A stretch of 64,000 nucleotides of DNA from Octopus vulgaris (lineage: Eukaryota), in NCBI GenBank assembly GCA_951406725.2, contig OX597842.1:22072001-22136000 (forward strand). The letters run 5' to 3'. This document shows, piece by piece, positions 11,745 to 26,680 of the stretch. The notes beneath the pieces are model-generated. The model saw only the letters and a list, made by a program, of their open reading frames with translations. It made no database searches and was not told the origin of the DNA. Made by a program: the position numbers and the translations under genes. Positions within the stretch are counted from its first letter, which is position 1; each line of letters starts with the position of its first letter.

Positions 11745-11942
11745 TTAGTTATTTCAGTCATTTGACTGCGGCCATGCTGGAGCACCGCCTTTAATCGAGC
11801 AACTCGACACCAGGACTTATTCTTTGTAAGCCTGGTACTTATTCTATCGGTGACTTTTGCCGAACCGTTAGGTTACGGGGACATAAACACACCAGCATCA
11901 GTTGTCAAGCAATGCTAGGGGGACAAACACGGACACACAAAC

Positions 11943-12016
<74 letters not shown>

Positions 12017-12198
12017 ATATATATACATATATATTCGACGTGCTTCTTTCAGTTTCCGTCTACTAAATCCACTCACAAGGATTTGGTCGGCCCAAGGCTA
12101 TAGTATAAGACACTTGCCCAAGGTGCCACGCAGTGGGACTGAACCCGGAACCATGCAGTTGGTAAACAAGCTACTTACCACACAGTCACTCCTGCGCC
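11745..12198 (-). mobile_element. tRNA-derived SINE, second family, with an internal (TA)n microsatellite
   Basis: Head GGCGCAGGAGTG.CTGTGTGGTAAG...GGTTCAGTCCC on the minus strand. Confidence 0.85.
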
Positions 12199-12236
<38 letters not shown>

Positions 12237-12715
12237 ATTCAGTAGTTTTGTTTTTATAGCGTGCTTTCACTTCACTACCGAGCGCAGCTCTGTGTGCCTT
12301 GGCTATGTGCTGTGATTTGTTGTGAGGGTTACTATATTGAAAGTAAGGGGTATCAGCCATCTGAACGTGGCTAGCCACTGGGGTGGGGTGTTACTGATGA
12401 TTTTAGCCCCAGGCGATCAACGTCACCAAAAGGACTTTAGACACTATATCAGTGTCCTTGTGTTACTTGCAAAGGGAGGTCATCCTCCCTCGAAGACCCG
12501 AGTACTACATACGGACTATAGTTTCAAGGTAATTGCCTCTCGTCAACGCATGGTAAGCACTGGTCTTCGATGAAGGAGTCCCCTCGCAAGTAATATATAA
12601 TGTTTTTCACAGTAACCACTGTCACTGATGTAGAAAAACTGTCTGAAAACAATAATAAATCTCTGAACGAGATATAAACAGTAACCGCTCGACAACGTAA
12701 GGGGTATCAGCCATC

Positions 12716-12876
12716 AGAAGTATGTGATATACGAAGGAACGTTGTTACCACAATAATTATAACATTAATTAACAGAAGTAATTAGATCGGACAAAAGTAT
12801 GTGATATACGAAGGAACGTTGTTACCACAATAATTACAACATTAATGAGAAGAAGTAATTAGATCGGACAGAAGTA
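12716..12876. repeat. ~77-bp tandem duplication
   Basis: AAGTATGTGATATACGAAGGAACGTTGTTACCACAATAATT..., twice. Confidence 0.85.
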
Positions 12877-13006
12877 CGTGTTGCTTATTACAACAGTGGG
12901 AAAACAATAGGCTAATTAGACGAGTAAAGGGAAATAAGCAAGTACATAAACCGAAGTCCAGTAAAAATAAAAACCCTTTCGATTTTTTTATAGCTTTATA
13001 TGCTTA

Positions 13007-13475
13007 CTAGCAGTATCGCCCGGCGTTGCTCGGGTTTGTTTCGATCATTTAGAATTAGAATTTTGAGATCTTTTCGGTATGAACGGCAGTGTTATATGAA
13101 AAAGTCACCCATAATCATGACCCTTGTATCGATCTATTGCATTTCAATCTGTTTTAGGGTTAGGGTATCTTTTTTTCTTCAGAAATGTAAATAAACCCAA
13201 TCTGTTTCTTAAACGAGGGACATATTCATACGGCACAGAATGTTTTTTTTTTACCTCAATAGACGTCATTGATTGGTTGAAATTGCAGAAATCGAAGAAA
13301 AAAAACAACAAATATTTTACAAACCATAGAATTTTCTCAATAAAGCCAAGAGAAAAAGACATTTTATAAACATATTCTACCAGTATACGAAGTTTGAAAG
13401 TGTTTAGTTAGGTGGAAATTATTTTTAAAAACTGCCGTTCAAACCGGAAAGATCTCAATTTTATATATAGAGAGA
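13007..13475 (-). mobile_element. Second non-autonomous Helitron, head-to-tail with 13479-13871
   Basis: 5' TCTCTCTATATATAAA and 3' CCCGAGCAACGCCGGGCGATACTGCTAG. Confidence 0.7.
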
Positions 13476-14582
13476 TTACTAGCAATATCGCCCGGCGTTG
13501 CTTGAGTTTGTTTCGACCCTTTAGAATTGGAATGTTTGAAAAGTAATAATTTTGCATTATGTAGCTTGTTATTCTCTTTAAGTGAAGATTCTTCTGGTTG
13601 AAATACACAGAAAAGTGGCAACACAGAAGTCAAAAATTCGTAAAAAAATAGGGATTTTCATAGTAAAAAAGCACCTTTTCGATGTAAATAATTTTTGGGG
13701 TTAACATGGGCCGATTTGAATTTTTTCTTCTACGTAAGGAAGAGCAAGCCTTTATCTATGATACTCTCAAACTTGATCAACTTGCACAGCAGGGTCTCTT
13801 AGGAGATGGGGTTAGTTGAAGGCTACAAAACCTGCCACACACACAGACAACTTCAGCTTTATATATATAGATATATCGTGCAATGCCACTCCCTGTAAGA
13901 AGCATTTGTGCCAGTTCATGTAAAAAGCACACATGCTGATCCATGTGGTTATTCAACTTACTCCTTCCACTGAAATTGCTGGCCTTGTGCCAAAATAATG
14001 TCAGATACAATAATGCCTTGATATATGAGTTAATTTCTTACTGGAGATTGCTCCTAAAGTGAAAACTCATAAAGCAAAGCAATAATTTCCCATAGAAGCA
14101 ATGTTATAAATTGTAATTCAATCCCAGAAAAATATTTTACCAATAAAATTTATAATACTTGTAAATAAATGACAATAAAACAACAGTAGAATGTAAAGAA
14201 TATTTTATGTAAAGTCAAAAACAATGTCAAGATTATTTAGAATAGACAAAATATTATTATTATAATTGTTTTCTGAATCACTTTGAAAAGACTCAGGGAC
14301 ACCATCATTTGTAGACATGACCACTGATTCACAAGCAAAGAAACAAGTCTAGAGTTGTTTACTGAGAAGCATTCCTTTGCTCTTTATAAACTTCTTGGTA
14401 AGACACAGATGCATTTGTTATGGTAGTAGAAACTTTCAAAATTTGGATGTTGTGCTTGAAAAATAAAACTCATAAACAATGTCTGTAACTGGGGAAATGA
14501 ATCTATTCCTCATGAAATGTGTTCTCTGTCTGTATGAACATGCTTGTGCTTGGTTAAGTGATCGTTTCGAGAGAAAGATTTA

Positions 14583-14774
<192 letters not shown>

Positions 14775-14937
14775 TCACACTTGAATGAACGTATTTGCGA
14801 ACAGTTAAGCTGGGTCCATCAGAGAATGACTTACCACAGACACCGCAATGATATGACTTCTCATCTGTGTGAATATGTATCTGATTAGTTAAGATTCTAT
14901 TTTCATAAAATAATTTACCACAGATATGACGTTGCTA

Positions 14938-16892
<1,955 letters not shown>

Positions 16893-17473
16893 AATTTTCC
16901 TTTCTCTCGTCACAGTACACAAAGGTTTTCCTTCTTCTCGTATATTGCTCTGAATAAATATTTCTACTGATATATCTCCATCAAAAGTGATCTTTGTTAA
17001 TATCTGAAGATGCTGCAAACTGCCTTCTTAATTGCTTTAACTCATTAACATTCAGATTACTCTGTCAAATAGAATGTTTATTGAAATTCTTCTGAATTAA
17101 TTATTCATTATGTTATCATGTTCAGATTTCAATGTTGTGATTGCTTATTTTTAGAATGACCTTGTAGGGTGGGTGTGAGGGGTGGGATCTGGCTAGTATG
17201 AATATAAAACACACAAAAATATGGCCAGTTTAACCGTTTAGCATTGAGATTCCTTTGTGAAATGTAATGCTTATTTATTCATATTGTTTTGAATTAATCA
17301 TGGATTATCTCCATTCTAATGACGTTGCTTATGTAAAAATCCTGTGAAGCAGATGTCATCTGATAATCTGAAACGAAAGAGAAACAACAGTGTAAAACAT
17401 ACAAGATAATTAGGAATTAGAGAGTCATGCGCCTTCAAATATATATGAGAAGTAACATAATAACTTCATATAA

Positions 17474-17507
<34 letters not shown>

Positions 17508-20500
17508 GTACATGACACTGCTGTCCCTCGTCCCAGGGTCTCTGATGCCCACACCTCCCAAACCCTCAGAGTTGGCACGCTCAACGTTGGCACATTGAAA
17601 GGTAGGTCTGGAGAGATTGTAGAGCTGCTTGAACGGAGACGTGTGGATGTATGCTGTATCCAGGAAGTAAGGTGGAGAGGAGGTTCTGCTAGGCTCCTCA
17701 CGGGCAAGGAACACAGGTACAAGATTTTCTGGGCAGGGAACATTGACGGTGTCGGGGGCGTGGGTATACTTCTTGCGGAGAAATGGATAGGTAAGGTAAT
17801 CGAGGTAGTCAGAATAAGTGACAGAGTAATTAAAATTAGATTAGTTCTTCACCATAGGACAGCTACCATCATCTCGGCATATGCCCCTCAACCAGGGCTA
17901 CCGGAAGGACAAAAAGACCAATTCTATGACACCCTATTGCGGACTACCTCATTGACAAATGACAGTGACCTTCTCTTCGTGGCAGGTGATTTCAATGGAC
18001 ATGTTGGACGACATGTCAGGGGCTTCCATGGCATCCATGGAGGCCACGGTTTTGGCTCTCGAAATGAGGAGGGAACCAGGCTGCTGGAGTTCTGCGATGC
18101 AAATGACCTTATGGTCTGCAATACCCACTTCAGGAAACCCACCTCTCACCTAGTCACCTACCGTTCTGGCAGACACACCAGCCAGATTGACTACATCCTT
18201 GCCAGAAAAAGGGAAAGAGGGCTGATTATAAATGCCAAAACCTTCCCAGGCGAAGAATGTACTCCCCAACATAGATTAGTAGTTAGCGACTTCAGGATCA
18301 GAGCTAAATGGTCGCCCAGAAGAAGACCAGCTTGGAGGAGAAGGGTCTGGAAGCTTAAAGATCCTGCAAATGCACAGAGATTTAGAGACATACTACTCGA
18401 AGCCTCTGACGAAATAGAAGGGGATATAGCTTCACTTAATGTGGAAGACAACTGGAGATTCCTACGGGACAATCTGCTGACAGCCACTGACCAGATCTGT
18501 GGATGGAGCAAAGTACCATCTCGACCCAGAGTAACATGGTGGTGGAACACGGTGGTTGACGGGGCTATTAGACAAAAGAGACAGGCTTGGAAGGACTGGA
18601 AGAACGGTGGTAGCAGGGAATTGTATCAGACAGCCAAAAGGGAAGCTAGGAGACAGGTTTATATAGCCAGAGGGGAAGCGGATAAGAGAAAATTTGCCAA
18701 TGTTCTGAGCCGTGAGGATGAAAGACTTGAGGTATTTCGTGTTGCAAGACAGTGTGTGAGAGAGAATCGTGATGTGGTAGGAGAGAAGTGTGTTCGCATG
18801 GATGATGGTTCACTTGCGCTAAATGAGGATGCAAAGAGAGAGGTTTGGAGATGCCACTATGAAAGTTTGCTGAATAAAGAAAATGAATGGGATAAAGAGA
18901 GTCTGCCAAATGTTGACCCAACAGAGGGACCAGCTATCCGAGTTGATAGTTCCGTGGTAGCTAAGGCAATTAGAAGCATGAAGACAGGGAAAGCCCCAGG
19001 CCCATCAGGAATTACTGCAGAGATGCTCAAAATATCTGGCAGTGTCGGCTATAACCTAGTCACCCGTATAGTCAACCAGGTGATACACGAAGGAGTCATA
19101 CCCAATGACTGGTGTAGCAGCATACTAGTCAACTGCTACAAAGGTAAAGGTGATGCCCTGGATACAAATAATTACAGAGGTATCAAGCTGTTGGATCAGG
19201 TAATGAAGGTTACGGAGAGGGTCTTAGCCCAACTAATTAGAGAGAGAGTTAGTTTAGATGAGATGCAGTTTGGGTTTGTCCCAGGGAAAAGCACCACTGA
19301 TGCTATATTCCTGGTAAGGCAGCTGCAGGAGAAATACCTAGCCAAGGATAAGCCCCTGTACCTGGCTTTTGTTGACATGGAGAAAGCCTTTGATAGGGTC
19401 CCCCGATCCCTCATCTGGTGGTCAATGAGGAAACTAGGGATAGATGAATGGCTGGTGAGGGCTGTGCAAGCCATGTACAGAGATGCCGTAAGTAAGGTTA
19501 GAGTTGGCAACATGTACACAGAAGAATTCAAAGTAGAGGTTGGGGTCCACCAGGGTTCAGTACTCAGCCCCCTCCTATTTATCATAGTCCTCCAGGCAAT
19601 AACGGAGGAATTCAAGACAGGTTGCCCCTGGGAGCTCCTCTATGCTGACGACCTCGCTCTAATCGCTGAGTCACTATCAGAACTGGAGGAGAAGTTCCAG
19701 GTGTGGAAGGAGGGTTTAGAATCGAGGGGCCTTAGAGTCAACCTAGCTAAAACCAAAGTACTAATAAGTAGAAAGGTAGAAAACCCACAAATATCATCAG
19801 GAAGATGGCCCTGCTCGATCTGTAGAAAAGGTGTAGGTAGAAACTCTATAAGATGTACCCAGTGTAAGCTATGGACACATAAGAGGTGCAGCAATGTCAA
19901 AGGTAGGCTAACTGGGAAGATAGTTTTTGTATGTGGCAGGTGCTCTGGAGCACTGACCTCCGAAAATCTGCAGAAAACAACTTCTGTCACTTTCCGGGGG
20001 AAAAACTAGAAGTAGTTGATAGTTTCCGCTATCTAGGTGACCAAGTCAGTAGTGGGGGTGGGTGCGCTGAAAGTGTAACTGCTAGAATAAGAATAGCCTG
20101 GGCAAAGTTTAGGGAGCTCTTACCTCTGCTGGTGACTAAAGGCCTCTCGCTCAGAGTAAAAGGCAGACTGTATGATGCATGTGTACGAACAGCTATGCTA
20201 CATGGCAGTGAAACATGGGCCGTGACTGCTGAGGACATGCGTAAGCTCGTGAGGAACGAAGCCAGTATGCTCCGATGGATGTGTAATGTCAGTGTACTTA
20301 CTCGACAGAGCGTTAGTACCTTGAGAGAAATGTTGTACCTAAGAAGCATCAGTTGTTGTGTGCAAGAGAGACGATTGCGCTGGTATGGTCATGTGGCGAG
20401 AATGGATGAAGAGAGGTGTGTGAGAAAGTGCCAATCCCTAGCAGTTGAGGGAACCCGTGGAAGAGGTAGACCCAGGAAAACCTGGGACGAGGTGGTGAAG

Positions 20501-21265
20501 CACGACCTTCGGACGTTAGGTCTCACCATGGAAATGACTAGAGACCGAGACCTATGGAAGTATGCTGTGCATGAGAAGACCCGGCAAGACTAGTGAAGCC
20601 ATAATCCGTGGCCCCTACCTGGGACGTAGTCAGTCCACCTGTGCATACCTTCCTTCTTGTGACACTTGTGAAGACCTGTTGAGGCAAGTGAGAATCGAAT
20701 CGTATCAAATCAAATCGAACCAAATCAAAATAGATGAACATCAATGGAATTTGTATCCTTGTGGTACCAGTGCCGGTGGCACATAAGAAAACCATCCGAA
20801 CGTGACCGTAGCCAGTACCGCAATGACTGGCCTCCGTGCTGAGGGCACGTAACAAACACCATCCGAGCGTGGCCGTCCGCCAGCCTCGTCTAGCACCTGT
20901 GTCGGTGACACATAAGAAAACACCATCTGAGCGTGGCCGTCTGGCACCTGTGTCGGTGGCACATAAAAAACACCATCCGAGCGTGGCCGTCTGCCAGCCT
21001 CGTCTGGCACCTGTGTCGGTGGCACATAAAAAACACCATCCGAGCGTGGCCGTCTGCCAGCCTCGTCTGGCACCTGTGTCGGTGGCACATAAAATCACCC
21101 ACTACACTCTCGGAGTGGTTGGCGTTAGGAAGGGCATCCAGCTGTAGAAACACTGCCACATCTGACTGGCCTGGTGCAGCCTTCGGGCTTCCCAGACCCC
21201 AGTTGAACCGTCCAACCCATGCTAGCATGGAAAGCGGACGTTAAACGATGATGATGATGATGATG
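17508..21265 (+). mobile_element. Near full-length RTE-clade LINE (APE endonuclease plus RT) with a single frameshift
   Basis: GTLNVGTL/CIQEVRW/GDFN/SQIDYIL APE motifs and QGSVLSP/YADD RT motifs. 1-bp deletion at ~19995. 3' UTR with ~60-bp repeats and a (GAT)n tail. Confidence 0.95.
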
Positions 21266-22373
21266 AAGAATCGCCCAGTGTTGCTCGCATTTGTTTTCTT
21301 TTTTGACCCTTTAGAATTGGAATTTTTGAAAAGTAAAAATCTTGCATTATGTAGCTTGTTATTCTCTTAAAGTGAACATTTTTCTGGTTGAAATACACTG
21401 AAAAATGGCAACACAGGAGTCAAAGAATCGTAAAAATTTGGGATTTTCATAGAAAAAAAAGCACCTTTCTGATCTAAATAATTTTTGTTGTTGACATGGT
21501 GCGATTTGAATTTTTTTCTTCTATGGAAGGAAGAGCAATCCTTCAACAATCATCCTCTAGATTTTGGTCAACTTGCACCGCAGAGTCTCGGAGGAGATAG
21601 TGTTAGTTGAGGGCTACCAAACCAGCCACACACACAGACAACTTCAGCTTTATATATATAGATATATCGTGCAATGCCACTCCCTGTAAGAAGCATTTGT
21701 GCTAATTCATGTAAAAAGCACACATGCTGATCCATGTGGTTATTCAACTTACTCCTTCCACTGAAATTGCTGGCCTTGTGCCAAAATAATGTCAGATACA
21801 ATAATGCCTTGATATATGAGTTAATTTCTTCCTGGAGATTGCTCCTAAAGTGAAAACTCATAAAGCAAAGCAATAATTTCCCATAGAAGCAATGTTATAA
21901 ATTGTAATTCATTCCCAGAAAAATATTTTACCAATAAAATTTATAATACTTGTAAATAAATGACAATAAAACAACAGTAGAATGTAAAGAATATTTTATG
22001 TAAAGTCAAAAACAATGTCAAGATCATTTAGAATAGATAAAATATTATTATTATAATTGTTTTCTGAATCACTTTGAAAAGACTCAGGGACACCATCATT
22101 TGTAGACATGACCACTGATTCACAAGCAAAGAAACAAGTCTAGAGTTGTTTACTGAGAAGCATTCCTTTGCTTTTTATAAACTTCTTGGTAAGACACAGA
22201 TGCATTTGTTATGGTAGTAGAAACTTTCAAAATTTGGATGTTGTGCTTGAAAAATAAAACTCATAAACAATGTCTGTAACTTGGGAAATGAATCTATTCC
22301 TCATGAAATGTGTTCTCTGTCTGTATGAACATGCTTGTGCTTGGTTAAGTGATCGTTTTGAGAAAAGGATTTA

Positions 22374-22592
<219 letters not shown>

Positions 22593-22609
22593 TTAAGCAG
22601 CTGACTATT

Positions 22610-23677
22610 TTAAGAAAATGATTTACCAGAGATATCACAATGATATGGCTTCTCCCCTGTATGAACACACTTGTGCTTGGTTAAGTGATCGTTTCGAGAG
22701 AAAGATTTACCACAGATTTCACAGTGATATGGTTCTTCTCCTGTATGAACACGCTTGTGCTTGGTTAAGGTACCGTTTTCAGAGAAAAATTTACCACAGA
22801 TTTCACAGTGATATGGTTTTTCTCCTGTATGAACACGCCTGTGCCTAGTTAAGCTTTCGTTTCGAGAGAAAGATTTACCACAGATTTCACAGTGATATGG
22901 TTTTTCTCCTGTATGAACACGCCTGTGCATAGTGAAGTGATCGTTTTGAGAAAAAGATTTGTCACAGATTTCACAGTGATATGGTGCTTCTCCTGTGTGA
23001 ACACCACTCTTGTGCCTCGTTAAGCTTTCGTTTCGAGAGAAAGATTTACCACAGATTTCACAGTGATATGGTTTTTCTCCCGTATGAACACGCTTGTGAT
23101 TGGTTAAGTGATCGTTTTGAGAAAAGGATTCACCACAGATTTCACAGTGATATGGTTTCTCTCCTGTATGAACACAACTCTTGTGCCTAGTTAAGCTTTC
23201 GTTTCGAGAGAAAGATTTACCACAGATTTCACAGTGATATGGTTTTTCTCCTGTATGAACACGCCTGTGCATAGTGAAGTTTTCGCTTCGAGAGAAAGAC
23301 TTACCACAGATATCACAGTGATATGGTTTTCCTCCTGTATGAACACAACTCTTGTGCCTAGTTAAGTGTTCTCTTTGAGAGAAAGACTTACCACAGATTT
23401 CACAGTGATATGGTTTTTCTCCTGTATGAACATGCTTGTGCTTGGTTAAGGAATTGTTTTGAGAAAACGATTTGTCACAGATTTCACAGTGATATGGCTT
23501 CTCTCCTGTATGAGTACGTTCGTGAATGACTAACTTAGCTTTCCAAGAGAACGACTTGCCACAGATATCACAATCAAATGATGTTTTGCTCTTTTCATTC
23601 TTTTCCTCATCAGAAAAATCAATTTCTTCAGACTCTCTTTTACATTCAACTTCACTCCTACGTAATTCATTTTCCAT
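22610..23677 (-). CDS. Poly-C2H2 ZNF gene C (11 intact fingers)
   Basis: Open ORF 22610-23803 with ATG at MENEL (23677), acidic leader, then tandem fingers. Degenerate fingers continue to ~22320. Confidence 0.88.
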   Translation of the reverse strand: MENELRRSEVECKRESEEIDFSDEEKNEKSKTSFDCDICGKSFSWKAKLVIHERTHTGEKPYHCEICDKSFSQNNSLTKHKHVHTGEKPYHCEICGKSFSQREHLTRHKSCVHTGGKPYHCDICGKSFSRSENFTMHRRVHTGEKPYHCEICGKSFSRNESLTRHKSCVHTGEKPYHCEICGESFSQNDHLTNHKRVHTGEKPYHCEICGKSFSRNESLTRHKSGVHTGEAPYHCEICDKSFSQNDHFTMHRRVHTGEKPYHCEICGKSFSRNESLTRHRRVHTGEKPYHCEICGKFFSENGTLTKHKRVHTGEEPYHCEICGKSFSRNDHLTKHKCVHTGEKPYHCDISGKSFS

Positions 23678-24943
23678 AATTTTCCTTTCTCTTGTCACAG
23701 TACACAAAGGTTTTCCTTCTTCTCGTATATTGCTCTTAACAAATATTTCTACTGATATATCTCCATCAAAAGTGATCTTTGTTAATATCTGAAGATGCTG
23801 CAAACTGCCTTCTTAATTGCTTTAACTCATTAACATTCAGATTACTCTGTCAAATATAATGTTTATTGAAATTCTTCTGAATTAACCATTCAATATGTTA
23901 TCACGTTCAGATTTCAATGTTGTGATTGTTTATTTTTAGAATGACCTTGTACGGTGGGTGTGAGGGGTGGGATCTGGCTAGTATGAATATAAAACACACA
24001 AAAATATGGCCAGTTTAACCGTTTAGCATTGAGATTCCTTTGTGAAATGTAATGCTTATTTATTCATATTGTTTTGAATTAATCATGGATTATCTCATAG
24101 CTCTGAGACTTCAGTGATTTGATTGTTTATGTTTAAACTGACACTGCAGGGACAGTGTGAGAGGTCAGAATATTTGTGCTAGTTTAAATGCTAAATGATT
24201 AATTAATATGCAAATATAATTTTCTGTGTATTCCAGACAATAAAGAAGAGAAATTTTGCTACATATATGTCAGAGTTCAGAAGATATATTTTGCAGTAAT
24301 TCAGTAAATATTTATAGAAACAGGGTTATACGTGTTTTGTATAACATCTTTGCTCAGTCTTCAAAAGACTTTCCATTCTAATGACGTTGCTTATGTCAAA
24401 ATCCTGTGAAGCAGATGTCATCTGATAATCTGAAACGAAAGAGAAACAACAGTGTAAAACATACAAGATAATTAGGAATTAGAGAGATTAAAACAGTGAA
24501 AGTTTTACTACATTTTTATATAGACATGGCTATAGAAGTGCAGGAATGGTTGTGTGGTAAGAAGTTGGTTTCCCTATCACATGGTTCTGGGTTCAGTCCC
24601 AGAGTGGCCAATCAAAGCCTTGGGAGAGGATTTGGTAGATGGAAACTCAAAGAAGCTTGACATAAACCAAATACGAAAATGAATTCTAATTGGATTAAGC
24701 AAAACAGAAATTTTAAATATGAGGTACCTTTTGACAAGTCGCTAATGCATGATGTGTTGAAGCAATCATACTGAATGATAGTATTGTAAATTCTATTTCT
24801 CTTCTCTTTTTTCTCATATTCTTGTCTCGACTGAGATGAAAGAATGCCTCAAGTAAGTCCAGTGTCATTTGAATCCTTACTATTGATGACATCTGATAGC
24901 CAAATACAGTGACCAGGCTTTAAACAGCACACAATGTGTATAT

Positions 24944-25325
24944 ACTCTTTTACTTGTTTCAGTCATTTGACTGTGGCCATGCTGCAGCACTGCCTTTAAT
25001 CGAGCAACTCGACCCCGGGACTTATTCTTTGTAAGCCCAGTACTTATTCTATCGGTCTCTTTTGCCGAACTGCTAAGTGACGGGGACATAAACACACCAG
25101 CATCGGTTGTCAAGCAATGTTAGGGGGACAAACACAGACACACACACACATATACATATACATATATACAACGGTTTTCTTTTCAGTTTCCGTCTACCAA
25201 ATCCACTCACAAGGCATTGGTCGGCCCGAGGCTATAGCAGAAGACACTTGCTCAAGGTGCCACGCAGTGGGACTGAAACCGGAACCATGTGGTTGGTAAA
25301 CAAGCTACTTACCACACAGCCACTC
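24944..25325 (-). mobile_element. tRNA-derived SINE, second family
   Basis: Full-length homology to 11745-12198. Confidence 0.85.
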
Positions 25326-25926
25326 AGAATTATTACTTCATCATCATTTAAAGTCCATTTTACATACTGGCATGGCTTGGATGGTTAGAAAGGTGCTAAC
25401 CAGCTGAGGGCTGTTCAGGGTTCATTTCTGATTTGGTATAGTTTCTATGGCTGGATGCCCTTCATAATGCAACCACTTTACAGGGTGTGCTGGATGCTCT
25501 TATGCAGCCCCTATGAGCCTGGAAGATTAGGGATGCTCAGCTGGAGAAGGTTGCAAGGGACAAGCTTGTATGCAAGGGTATGACATCAGATAGCCAAATA
25601 CAGTGAGCAGGCTTTGAACAGCATACTACAAGATGTCTATACAAATTTAAAATTATTACTTCATCATCATTTAAATTCCATTTTACACACTGGCATGGGT
25701 TGGATGGTTTGAAAAGAGCTAACCAGCTGAAGGGCTGTTCAGGCTCCATCTCTATTTTAGCCTGGTTTTTGTGGCCGTATGCCCTTCCTGACACGACCAC
25801 TTTACACAGTTTACATTGGAGCTTTCCACATGGCACACCAGCAGCCATGAGCCTAAAAGGTTAGGGAAAGAGTTGCAAGAGATTAGCTTGCATGCAAGGG
25901 CAACCATACTTTTACTTAGCGTGATA

Positions 25927-26326
25927 CTCTCTCTTTTACTCTTTTACTTGTTTCAGTCATTTGACTGCGGCCATGCTGGAGCACCGCCTTTAGTCGAGCA
26001 AATCGACCCCGGGACTTATTCTTTGTAAGCCCAGTACTTATTCTATCGGTCTCTTTTGCCGAACCGCTAAGTGACAGGGACATAAACACACCAGCATCGG
26101 TTGTCAAGCAAAGCTAGTGGGACAAACACAAACACACAAACATATACACACACACATATATGTATACATATATACGACAGGCTTCTTTCAGTTTCCGTCT
26201 ACCAAATCCACTCACAAGGCATTGGTCGGCCCGTGGCTATAGCAGAAGACACTTGCCCAAGATGCCACACAGTGGGAGTGAACCCGGAACCATGTGGTTG
26301 GTTAGCAAGCTACTTACCACACAGCC
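25927..26326 (-). mobile_element. tRNA-derived SINE, second family
   Basis: Full-length homology to 11745-12198. Confidence 0.85.
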
Positions 26327-26489
26327 GTGTCTTTTCAAGCACAGCAAAATGCCAGGAGCCTTGTTTTTTGATCCTCATAATTTAATGTCTGTCTTCAATG
26401 CCAGTATGGGCTGGATACTTTGGCAGGGGGTGGCCAGTCAGAAGACTGCACCAGACTTCTCCCCACCTCTCTAGCAATGAAAAAAAAAA

Positions 26490-26680
26490 GAGGGGGGTGG
26501 AATTTGAATTAGTGATTCGTTGTTTAGCTTCTATTTCTAGCATGTGGAGAAGGGTGGGATAAAAATTTGAATTAGTGATTCGTTGTTTAGCTGCTGTTTC
26601 TAGCATGTCGAGAAGGGGGGGGTGGAATAAAAATTTGAATTAGTGATTCGTTGTTTAGCTGCTGTTTCTAGCATGTCGAG
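26490..26680. repeat. Three-copy ~62-bp minisatellite
   Basis: AATTTGAATTAGTGATTCGTTGTTTAGCT...TTTCTAGCATGT, three times. Confidence 0.85.

Noticed and set aside
20790-21095. ~60-bp GC-rich tandem repeats resembling CRISPR repeats or HDV-like ribozymes (also 1397-1580, 28840-29050, 49450-49670)
   Set aside because: No unique spacers and a eukaryotic context; they are part of the RTE 3' UTR. The TGCCAG-CCTCGT-CTGGCA hairpin lacks identifiable P1/P2 pairings for an HDV fold.
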